A stretch of DNA of 64,000 nucleotides from Eledone cirrhosa (Eukaryota): the NCBI GenBank assembly GCA_964016885.1, contig OZ024757.1, positions 34,348,001-34,412,000 on the forward strand. Direction: 5' to 3'. The translations under genes and the position numbers were made by a program. Position 1 is the first letter of the stretch; each line of letters begins with the position of its first letter. The notes beneath the pieces are model-generated. The model searched no databases, was not told the origin of the DNA, and saw only the letters and a list, made by a program, of their open reading frames with translations. Positions 23,893-36,300 of this stretch are shown here, in pieces.

Positions 23893-26800
23893 TTCTGCAT
23901 ATTAAACCTTTCTCTCTATCCCTTTTAATATAGGTTCTAAAAATTGTAGTATTTTATAAGAGTATATACATGTGTATGTGTATATATATATATAATTTAC
24001 AACCTACACCAATGTAGGTTTTGCTGGCCTCATGCGAGGGTGTATCTCATAAGTGGTTTCTTGGGTGTTTTACTGATAGGCGCGGCACTCCTCATAGAAA
24101 GCACCGTGAAATGAGGTGTCTTGCTCAAGAACAACGCGCCTCCCAGTCTAGGAATCAAACCTACGGAACGCACTATCTTGTGTCGAACACTCTAACCACT
24201 AGACTATAGAAATAACGTGTTCATGCTTTTTAGAACAATATTACCACCGTAATTTGTTGTTTAGCCCCAGGTCAACCTTTATCAGGCTGACGTGTGATCA
24301 AAGACAATCCAACTATGACCATCGCCTCTATTGAGCTGTATCTGAGACTACATTAGGCAGTGAATTCTCAGAACGTCGGGTAGAAATGTTTTCTGTCTTT
24401 CTTCCACTTCTCTGCGCTCTGAGTTCAAATCCCGCCAAAGCCCTCTTTGCCTTTCATCCTTTCTAGGTTGATAGAAAAAAAGCACCAGCTCTTTACCGGG
24501 GTCGATTCGTCTCCACCTCTCTCTCTATATATCTTTATTTCCCTCCGTCGCTGGAAGAAAGCAACTGTGTTCAGACCTGGAGAGGGGTTGGGCTCTGTCA
24601 GGTTTTAAAAATGTCCAGCACACGCTGGAGTTTCGGGTCAATACAAAATTACAATAATTAATCTTTCCTTTCTATTTTATTGAGGCAATATGGTATGATA
24701 TTAGGGATATATGGCGGTGCTTTTTCGTTTAGTGATCCGCGTTTTAAATTGACATGGCTGTTACTTTTGGCAAGTCGAGCGACCGCCTAATCACTTTCGT
24801 GGGCTCTTAGGTGATTGAGTGGCGAGATAAGGAGATAAACCCTGTGGTCAGCAGTTGAGATAGCTAAACGGTTCGTTCTTGGTTAGGTCTAATATATGTA
24901 AACAATGACGGGTTCTTTAACGGGTACTTTGTCGGGTACATTCCGCGCCAGAACTAGTTTATTATCACTTAATCTTTAAACAACTCATGTACTATATACA
25001 TATATAAGATTTACTATGTATTGAGTACCTTACTTACTGTGGCTACCCCCGATTGAACCGGAGACTCGTATATATATATATATTTGTTTGTTTTAATATA
25101 GAAAAGCTTCTACAGGACTAGAACTGTTTCATTATATATAAAACATTTATACTCTGCTATGTATTGAGTACATTACTTACTGTGGTTACCCCCGATTCAA
25201 CCCGGAATAACTTCTCTCTCCCTCTCTCTATACATACATACATACACGCACACACACAGGGTGTCCCCCCAAAACTATATACACGCTTCAACAGCATTCG
25301 AATAAATATTGCCTGTACAGGTAATTAAAGTGAGTGTGCACTTTTGGGGGGGGGGGGGGGGGACACCGTTATATATGTGTGGGGGCAATGTTTGTATATG
25401 TTTACGTATATATATATATATATAATAATGTGTGGGTGTGTGGCAATCTCTCCGTACATCACAGAAATTGCCGAACTCTCACACTCATACAATACACAAT
25501 AACAAAAAAAAAAAAAAAAAAAAATGTGTATATGATCTGTATAGCGACTGAAAACGACGAAAATAAACGACTTTCGGCGCGGAGATTGCCGAGGTTATTG
25601 TTTACAGCGCTTAGATCTAAACCAAAGAATTTCCCCCGGCACAATATATTCTCTCGTAAAACCACAGAACACCACTTGTGTCGCAGTCAAAGCAGATTTA
25701 TTTCTCTAGAAGCGTCAACGAGTCTGGTCTATCATCATCATCATCAGCGTTTTACGACGGCTTTTCTATGCTGGCATGCGTTGGAGGGTTTTTTTGAGGC
25801 AGTGTTTTCCAGTTAGATGTCCTTACTAATACCAACCCCTTTAGTTCTGTATAGATTTGAGCCTTTCCGAACGGCAACCACATTACAGCTTGTACTGTGA
25901 GATTTTTAGTGACACCACCACTACCACTTTACAGGGTGGACTGGGAGCTTTGCATCGTGACACCAGTACAACCATTTTATAGAGTGGTCGTAATGGTGTA
26001 CATATTATATTATATATATATGTGTGCGCGCAGTGAAAGGGTCCATAGGAAGGAAAAAGGAAAAGAGTGCTCTATACAATGAAAAAGAGATAATTTCTTA
26101 TGATTCATACATGAAACACTTATCATGGTACCTTAGGTTTCAAGGCATAAGTGCAGAAAGCATTTGCAGACTGTAAATGACAACCCAGAATATATATATA
26201 TCTGTGTGTGTATCAACGTTTGTCTCTCTCTGTGTTTATATACCATAAATTAGTGTTTGGACAAAAAAGTGATCAATAAAATAAGGACCGTACTTGAACA
26301 AAATAAGTACTGGGGTCGATATGATCAACTAAGTCAAGGCAGGGGTGCCCCAGCATAGCCGCTGTCGACAAACCGAAACGAGTAAAAGAATTTGTTTTTA
26401 AAATGTTTTTATCTACCAAATTCCACTCACAAAACATTAGTCAACCTGAGGCTACAGTAGAAACACTTGCTTATGGTTCCATACAGTGGAACTGAACCCC
26501 AAACTACATGGTTACGAAGCGAAGTCCTTAATCACACAACCATGCCTGCACCTAATATTGTAGTCGCAAGCATGGATGCTTAAATCTGTTTGTTGGTTAT
26601 TTTTTTTAACAGTTCGTTTTGTTTTCTGTCCTCAAAATATAAATTAAACCCTAAACAAAAGAGCATGTCATGTGTCACCTGTATAATTTATCTGGTTTGT
26701 TGCTTAGCAATAATAATGGCTTCAGGGGCAGGGCAGGGGTGGATGAGTAAAAATCCTATTACTATTCATGTTTCCTAGCACGTGTTAACCCTTTTGCTAA

Positions 26801-29429
26801 CATTATATTCTTTCATAGCTACAGACAGTATTGTTGGTATAAAACCAATTATATATTATAATTAAGGTGGCAAATTGGCAGTCATTTGAACGTCTGATAG
26901 AATGCTTTGTAGTATTTATTTGGGTTCTTTGCTCTCTGAGTTCAAATCTTGTTGAGGTCAACTTTGCCTTTCATTCTTTTGAGGTCAATAAAAAAAAAAA
27001 AAGAGTACCAGTCTGGTACTTGGGGTCAGTTCTTCCTCTATTTCTCTTTCTCACTCTCTATCCTTCTCTCGAAAAAATCTGCTGTGTTCAGACCTGGAGA
27101 GGAGATGGGCTCCACCAGGTTTAAAAAATGCAGTAGATATGTCGTATGTCAATATGACGTCCTTCCGATGCTCTTGAGGAATTTGGATTTATACCAACAT
27201 ATGATTATTAACTCTTTCTTGACCATATCTCTGATGGAATACATATTATTTCAGAGAATTAATGATGAATTTTGAGGGATTTACTAAAATTATGAATATG
27301 AAATTATAAGAAACCTTCCTAAACTTTGAGCTGTTAAAAAGTCTGTCAGACTTGGTCTATATACTGTGGTTGAGTTTTTAATCACTTGTTCTCAATATTT
27401 TAACCCCTTCGTGACCATATCTGTAATGAAATACTCTTTATTTTATTTAATCCTTTAGCATTTACATTACTCTATATTTACTATATTTTCACTGTATCAT
27501 GGTAAAGGCTTTATCTCATAATTATCTCACATAATATCGAATCTGCTAGATTTTGATGTTATTTATTTTGATAATAATACCTTAACATCAGTATGCCTCA
27601 TATATCTGTGTGTATATCATGACTCATACACTGTTCACTTTCCTGACATTTGTACATTATTTTATGTACTATACATACACCTTTGATAAGTTGTAGTGCA
27701 CCTGAGCACTGAACACAATAATTTTCATCATTATTATTATTTGTGAATAAAATTGAATTGACAGGAACTGTTTGAAAGACTGTAAGATGGACGGCACCTG
27801 TAATTCAATAGGTCAGCCATGTCACACTGTTATACTGAGTCTCCCTGAGAATTACATTAAGGATACATATGTCTGTGAGATGCTCAATCATTTACACCAT
27901 AATGGTTTCTGATTTAGGCACAAAGCCAGCAATTTCGGGGGAGGGGAAAGTCAAATCAACCCCAGTGTGTGAATGGTACTTTATTTTATTGACCCCGTAA
28001 AGATGAAAGGCAAATCTAACCTCGGCATGATTTGAACTCAGAATGTAAAGGGTCATAACTTTGTCGCAAAGCATGTTGTCCGAATCTCTAACGATACTGC
28101 CAATCCACCGCCTAATACACCATAATAAAAGATGGACTGTACGTGTAATTCCAGAGGCCAGCCTAGTCACACACAGTCATGCTGAATCTCCCTGAGAATT
28201 ATGTTAAGGGTATATATGTCTGTAGAATCACTCAACCACTTACACGCTATAAGATAAACTTAATTTAAGGGGCCAACCTTGTCGCACATTGTATCCTGCT
28301 GAATCTCCCTGAGAATTACATTAACCCTTTAACCTTTAAACCTCCTGTGTCTGGCCAGAATTCTCTCACCTCTTTCTGTTCAAGCCAGCTGTAACTGGCC
28401 ACTCATACTGATGTTAAGGTATTGATAGCAAAATAAATAATATCAAAATCTCATAGATTCGATATTATGTGAGATAATTATGTGAAGTAAAGCCTTTACT
28501 TTGAAAATGTCATAGTATATATAGAGTAATGTAAATGCTAAAGGGTAAAGCGTTCAAATATCTGTGGAATGCTCAGTCACTTACATGTTAATTTCATTAA
28601 CAGGCTGTTATATTGATTGAACGATTTGAACACTTATCAAAAGAGACAGAGACCCATTCTTTTTGTATTTTCATTTCATCTTAAATGTCAACATTTATAT
28701 TTGTTGTTGTTTGAAATTAATTGCCAGCCAACAGAAGCAATTAATTTTCATATGTTTTGTTTATGGAAGTCATTATTTCATATGTGGTCTGGTGATGTGT
28801 GGTCACTACCATGCTTTGGTCATCATCATCATCATCACTGTTTAAATGCATATTTTCCATGCTTGCATGGGTTAGATAAGCTGTCACTGACTGAGGCTAG
28901 ACTTGTCAGGTGACTGTCTTACTCATATGTTCCATTTTTGGCTTGGTTTTCTATAACTGGATGCCTTTCCTAAGGCCAATCACTTTACAGTATGTACTGG
29001 GACGATGGTTTCTATGGCTGGGTGCCTTTCCTAACACTAACCACTTTACAGCATGTACTGGGAGCATAGTTTCTATGACTGAAGGCCCTTCCTAATACCA
29101 ACCTCTTTACAGCATAATTTCTATGGATGCTCTTCCTAACTGGGAGCATGGTTTCTATGGCAGGATGTCCTTCCTAACACCAAACACTTTACTGTGTGAT
29201 TCATTTCATGTCTAGTACTTATTTTATCAATCTTTTTTGTTGAACTGTTAAGTGAAAGGATAAAAACAATGGAAGATATTTCTCTTAGCTACTGTTTCAC
29301 AGACCTGTGATATATTGTTTAACCCTAGGTCATCCCAGACTAAAAAGAACTATGATTGAAGGCACTCCAGTTGTGACCATCCTGTCTTTTTGAACTATTT
29401 AATACTGCAATATCTCATATGTCCTTTCT

Positions 29430-30100
29430 TTAACCCTTATGATACTAACCATCCAAGGTTCTAGGATGCAAAACTATTTATCTGAAACCTTTCCATCATA
29501 CTTGTATGTCAGAACCTTTATTAAGTTATGCCATAAACACCAGCTCAATAATGCTTTCTGATTTAGGCACAAGGCCAACAATTTTGGCAGAAGGGCAAGT
29601 CGATTAGATCAACCCCAGTGCATTATTGGTACTTTATTTTATCAAACCGATAGGGATTAACCCTTTAGCATTTAAACCGGCCATTTCTGGCCAGAATTCT
29701 CTCACCTCTTTCAAACTAGCTGTAACTGGCCACTCATACTGATGTTAAAGTATTGTTCTCAAAATAAATATCAAAATCTCATAGATTCAGTATTATGTGA
29801 GATAATTGAGGTAAAGCCTTTACCCTGAAAATACAATAGTAAATATAAAGTGATGTAAATGCTAAAGAGTTAAAGGCAAAGCTAATCTCGGCAAGATATG
29901 AACTCAGAACGCAAAGGGCCATAACACAGTGCCTCAAAGCATGTTGTCTACCGATACTGCCAATCCACCACCCTACAACAGTTTGATAATGAGAAAGTTA
30001 ATTATATTACTAAATTCCTTCAAATTCTTGATTGTTTTCAAAATGATTTGAAAATCATCGGCAGTGTCTTGCATTAGAAATATGGTAACAAATGTGTTAA
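29430..30100. mobile_element. piggyBac-type MITE family B carrying a nested SINE and a family-A MITE
   Basis: TTAA-CCCTTATGATAC ... GTAACAAATGTG-TTAA ends. Internal sequence is shared with copies at ~31250-31575, 32250-32760, 33760-34000, 45618-46495 and 53150-53580. Confidence 0.65.
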
Positions 30101-30259
30101 AGTGATAGGGTGTGATTTAAGGGAGATTGTGCTGCTAATTTTAGCATTTCAAGAAACCTTATAGAAGCTTCCCACAAAGGCTTATGTGTTTCATTATACC
30201 AACTGATTGAACAGAGATTAATTAATATATCATTTCATTAATCCAACTTAAAATACAGA

Positions 30260-31060
30260 ACTCACATTCATATACACACATACACAGGCACTCTTATATA
30301 CGCATGCCTACATACACATACACTCATATACTCATGCCTACATAAACACACATATACACACACTCATATACTCACACCTACACAAACACACATACATTTA
30401 TATACTCATATAAACAGTTATACACACACCTACACCCACACATTTATTCACACACACACACTCGCGTTCATACACACTTATATATACACTCACATAAACT
30501 TATAGACACACTTGCACACACACACGTTCAAACACACTCACACATTCACAAACTCTCACATAGACACACAAACATTCACACATACTCTTACACACACACT
30601 TTCTCTCTCCCTCACACACATACCTAGACTGTCTATCTAGAATATCAACTATATACATGTACTCTCTCTCTCTCACACAAACACACTCTCTCTCACACAA
30701 ACACACTCTCTCTCACTCACACAAAACACACACTCTCTCACTCACACAAAACACACTCTCTCTCTCTCACACAAAACACACACTCTCACACAAACACACA
30801 TTCTCACTCACACAAACACACACTCTCTCACTCACACAAACACACACTCTCTCACTCACAAAAACACACACACTCTCTCACTCACAAAAACACACACACT
30901 CTCTCACTCACACAAAACACACTCTCTCACTCACACAAAAACACACACACTCTCTCACTCACACAAAAACACTCACACTCTCTCTCACTCACACAAAAAC
31001 ACACACACTCTCTCTCACTCACACAAAAACACACACACTCTCTCACACAAACACACACGT
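30260..31060. repeat. CA/CT compound microsatellite and minisatellite
   Basis: cacacaaaacacacactctctct units; flanking direct repeat ctgtctatct...agaatatcaactatat at ~30630 and ~31067. Confidence 0.9.
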
Positions 31061-32313
31061 ATAGACCTGTCTATCTGTATCTAGAATATCAACTATATAT
31101 AGAGAAATACATGTTAAGTTCAAGGATATTTAGATGTTGATGTAATTGATGAAACCGTTCTAAACTTTGATTGAGTTGATAAAAAGCTGGAAACAGCCTG
31201 TCAGACTTGGCCTACCTACAGTTGTTGAGTTTTTAAACACTTGTTCTCAATATTTTGTCTTTTGTGTCCATGTCTCTAATGACATACTCTCTACTTCAGT
31301 AAATTAATGATGAATTTTGAGGGATTTACTAAAATAATAAATTATTTCATTACCAAGATTGTAATTTAACTGATGGTTCTTATATAAAATTATGTTGGTA
31401 GATTTTAATTTAAATAGAAACCCTTTAAAATGAGTGGTTTTGTTTCATAGAACTAGAGCTGGTTTTGGCCAGGTTAGTATCAAAAGTGTTAATTTAAATA
31501 GGAACCGTTTAAAATGAATGGTTTTGTTTCATAGAACCAGAGCTGGTTTTGACAAGGTCGCTACTAAATGGGTAAAAGCTTTGTAGTTTCATGTGGTTTG
31601 TTAATTCAAATGTTTATAGTATCTTTCTAAGGGAACAGATTGTTAAAAATTGCAGTATTAGAGTAACGAATTCAATTTTTTATGTGATGTAATCATAGTG
31701 CTGTTTTGTATTTTTAAGAATGTTTTGCTAATGCGGTTTAGGAGGTTAATCCTTTAGCATTTACATTTCTCTATATTTACTATAGTGTTTTCATGGTAAA
31801 GGCTTTACCTCACATAATATCGAAACTACAAGATTTTAATATTATTTATTTTCAGAACAATTCCCTAACATCAGTATCGGTAGACGGTTACTGCTGGTTT
31901 GAACAGAAAATGGTGAAAGAATTCTGGCTGGCTACAGCCAGTTTAAATGCTAAAGGGTTAAGAGTGAATTCAAGATTTTCTTTGTGAGATGTGCCTGTCT
32001 TAATAAAAACATCAGTTAGGTTTCTGGAGAAGCTCAAGGTGCAGATGTTGTTGACTTATTGATTCAGTGTTTCTAAAAATAAATATTGAAAACATTTGTT
32101 GTTTGTTTAGTGTTGTCAATCAACAAATACTTTGATAGGCTATGGGATAGTAAACATTGAAAATGTTTAGTTTGTCTAAAATATAATTCTAAATATATTT
32201 CTCTTAACTTTTCTTTTTACCCCTCTTTATTTTTTTAGTTGAAATCCATTAACCTTTTGGTAACCATGTTCCTAATTTTGAAAATACTAAATAGTTTGCT
32301 GGGATTCAATAAT

Positions 32314-32484
32314 ATAACTTAGTAAACTGGTGTTTGGAGCATAACTTAGTAAACTGGTGTTTGGAGCATAACTTAGTAAACAGGTGTTTGGAGCATAACT
32401 TAGTAAACAGGTGTTTGGAGCATAACTTAGTAAACAGGTGTTTGGAGCATAACTTAGTAAACAGGTGTTTGGAGCATAACTTAG
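32314..32484. repeat. 27-bp tandem repeat, ~6 copies
   Basis: ataacttagtaaacaggtgtttggagc, near-identical units. Confidence 0.95.
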
Positions 32485-33151
32485 AGGTTTTTGCATTGAA
32501 TTAAGATGGAATTTTTTTAGATAAATATAAACACTATCTTTTTTTTATGATATTCCTAATGAAAGACACTGCTAATGATTTTCAGATAATTTTGAAAATA
32601 ATCTAGAATTTTGAGGGATATAGTAATATAACTAACTTTCTCATTATTAACCCTTTTGTTACCATATTCCTAATGAAAGACGCTGCCTATGATTTTCAAA
32701 TCATCTTGAAAATAATCAAGAATTTAAAGGGTTTTACTAATATAACTAACTTTCTCAACGTTATAGGTCTTTGATCCCAGTTATTAAAACACTCTTTTGA
32801 GAAACAACTTTGTTGGGGACTAACTAAATCTACATATGTGTGAGCTATAACAACAACATGATAGGACTGGGGCCCCTCTCATTAGAATATTCTAAAAACC
32901 TCCCCTGGTATGCAACCAGCTAAATCATCATTGTTGAGAGCTGTAAATTTCATTCTTTTTCTTTTTTTAATTTCCTTCATGGTAATGAATGTATTTTTCT
33001 CTTATTTTCATACTTTATATTTTCAGTTCCTACTTCCCAAATTACCACCAAACATCACTTTTTCTGAACTAAAAACAAAAAAACAAAACAAGTTAACATA
33101 ACCAACCAAAAACAACCCCCCCAAAAAACTCTTGTGGTGTCACGTTATACA

Positions 33152-33379
33152 ATGCAAACGTCAACACCTGTTCAGCCTCGTCGCAGTTCAACAAGATCAA
33201 TAAAACGGAAAAAATTTGATGATGAGCTTGTGGAAAGTAGCCTTGTAAAGTCTGATCGGGGTCGCTTCAAAACCTTACCTGTTATTGAAAAACCTGAACC
33301 AAACCCTCCAATTGACACTGTAGTCCCACAACTGCCCGAGAAGAAGAAAGTTACATTACCACCACCTGAGAAAAAGAAG
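33152..33379 (+). CDS. MCRS1: MCRS1 coding exon 1
   Basis: MQTSTPVQPRRSSTRSIKRKKFDDELVESSL; GTATGT donor; exon acceptor probably tttcag ending at 33026. Confidence 0.92.
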
Positions 33380-36300
33380 GTATGTAGCTGATAGATTTAT
33401 CAAAATAATTATTTTATTTCACATTTGGAGTTTAGACCCTAAACTCAAAATTAATCATGAGAAAGTTAGTTATGCTTTAAGCTTTAGAGCGTAACTTAGC
33501 AAATGTTCTAACATAAAATTATGATAGACAGTTCTCATTTAACCCTTTAGCATTTACATTACTCTATATATACTATTGCATTTTTGTGGTAAAGGGCTTT
33601 ATCTTACATAATTATCTCATAATATCGAATCTACGAGATTTTGATGTTATTTATTTGGAGAACAATACCTTAACGTCAGTATGAGTGACCAGTTTGAACA
33701 GGAAGAGGTGAGAGAATTCTGGCCGGTTTAAATGCTAAAGTGTTAAATATAAACACTTTAACCAATTCATTACCATATTTCTAATGAATAATATTGCACA
33801 TGATTTCTGAAATAACTGTGAAAATCAATAAGTTGGAAGGATTTAGTAATATAAACTTTCTCATCATCTATCTTGTATTTGGAACATAACTTACCAAAGG
33901 TCCTTATGTAAAATTATGATAGAACATTTTTAGATAAATATAAACACTTTAAAATTAACGTCTTAGAATTGTAGAACCAGAGGTGGTCTCAAGTGGTTTT
34001 TGTATGGAACCACCTGAAAGGAGGGTTGTTCATTTTGAAAATGTTTTGTCAAAATTTATATTTTTGATTTGTATTCTTCCCAGACAACAAAAACCACAGC
34101 CAAAAGAAAACAAAAACAGAAGGTAGTATATCTTTGTTTTTATTAAAATTATTTATTTAACCCTTTAGCATTTACATTACTCTATATTTACTATTGTATT
34201 TTCATGGTAAAGGCTTTATCTTACATAATATCGAATCTATGAGATTTTGAGAAGAATACCTTAATGTTCTGGCTGGTTACATCTGGTTTGAACAGAAAGA
34301 GGTCAGAGAATTCTGGTTGGATATGACTGGTTTAAATGCTAGAGGTTTAAGTGTTTGTATAGAGCTGGTAAGCCATGACTGACTAGGAGAGATATCCCAT
34401 ACCCCTCTGCAATTAAAAAACAAAAACAAGAGAGAAACAGAGAGAAAGAAATAGGAGGAAAACAGGAAGTAAATGAAGCAAAAATAAGATGAAAGAGTGA
34501 AAAACAAGGACATCTATAAAGCAGCTAAATGTTTTTATTGTTGAATCCATTTACTGGAATAACTTGTTTAATGTAGATCCTTGACAATATATTGTATCTC
34601 CAATCTCAGTAATTCTTTTGAAAACAGCTTTAAGATATGCTTCCTCTCAGACAAGTAATGTTTCTGTGGTTAAATCTTTACCTAACCTCCATCTACTGGA
34701 ATATCTTGTTTACGGTAGATCTTTGACACTATATTGTATCGCCAATCTTGATAGATTTTTAAAGACTGCCTTCAAGATGTCCCCTCTCTCTCGGACTGGT
34801 AAGGTTTCAGTTGTTAAATCTTTGCTTTACCTCCATTTGGTAAGCAGAAACTCTGTGGACATCAATGTGTGTGTGTGTGTATATATATATTTATATATGT
34901 GTATGTATATGTATGAGTCTGCAAAAATAAATGAAGAAATGATACAGGCAAGTGATACAGTACAATGATGATATATATTAGTTTAATGCTTGATATAGTA
35001 GGGAAAAAGTCTTAACGTTTTGGACATTAGTCTTTCATCAGAAGATAGAATGAAAAGGCTGGGCAGGATTTAAAGTCCTAGTGTAATGTAACTCAATATG
35101 GCAAGATAATTTCTCTGACACTAAAATCCATTGTTTCTAGATAATTCTTTAAATGTTATTCCAATTTATTTTCTGTCTGTAACTAACTTTTTTCCCCTCT
35201 ACCACAACAGGATGTTACACCAACACCAGTAACAGCCTCCACTAAAGATTTAGGCCGATGGAAACCCCAAGATGACTTAGCCTTGATTACTGCTGTCCAA
35301 CAAGTGAGTTACCTTTACGTTTGCTCATCATTTTTCTGCATCGTCAACATTTTGTATCCATTTTTTTTCTATGGGTTGGCTGGGTCTTTTTCACCACAGC
35401 CCCCCCCCCCCCCCCCCCCCCGCTAAAGACTCGAGTGTGTTTTAAGCCCAGATGCTCTTCAGGCCAGTGCTGATTCTAGTTTCCATGGCATGAAGTGACA
35501 GAGAATACAAGTCTCCCGGAGAATACAGGACGCCAGTCCATCGCAGGGTGAAGCCCCCACCTATTGCTGAGTATACTGGAGCAAAGCAGTTCAGGAATCA
35601 AACCCACAACATGGTCATAAGTCCAACACTCTTACCACTAGGCCACATGTCTCCCTACCCCCTGCCTTTTTCCATCATCTCTATGAGGTTCAGCATTTAG
35701 TGATCAACTCCAAATTTTTCTTTACAATTACACTCGTGTCTCTCTTAGGAAGTAAAATTTGTTTTTCCCGTCTTTTTGGTGTATTTTGAACAAATCTGAC
35801 CTTAGGAATTATCGGGAAATTATTCGTTTTTTTTTTTAAAGTTTACTTTTTGGAGCACTGATAACATTCTAGGGTTTGGAGGTGAATATGATACCCCTCT
35901 TGTTTTGGAGGTGAATATGATACCCCTCTTGTTTTGGTGGTGAAATTTAAGATTTTTCGGTGGTTTTTGATGTGTTTTGAATGACTATGACCATCAAAAC
36001 CGTTGGAAATTATTCGTTTTATTTGAGACCTGGGGGATGATCAGATACTTAAAGGGCAGCCCACAAGGTTGTGGCCACTTTTGTGTTTATGGCCACAGTT
36101 TCTGATCAAATACTTTATGATGGACAATACACAAGGTTGTACCTACTTTCATGTTTCTGGTCACACTTTCAGTAAATTTTTACAATTGCACCGATATTAT
36201 GTTGACGGTAAACTTTACATTTTTTTACTGTTTTTTACAATACTCAAAGCATTTACTATGAAATTACAATAGTAAATATAATCTCACATAATATCGAACC

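Noticed and set aside
25334-25816. 160-aa ORF with a short inverted repeat (ggcaatctc/gagattgcc)
   Set aside because: A mosaic of MITE end, homopolymers and SINE tail with no domain; the inverted repeat is too short to classify.
30657-31064. 135-aa His/Thr/Leu/Ser ORF
   Set aside because: Translation of a CA/CT microsatellite. The same applies to the ORFs at 41992-42273, 47675-48043, 49944-50722 and 61887-62200.
35399-35421. Poly-C run as a possible G-quadruplex
   Set aside because: An isolated homopolymer whose length is unreliable in assemblies, with no supporting context.
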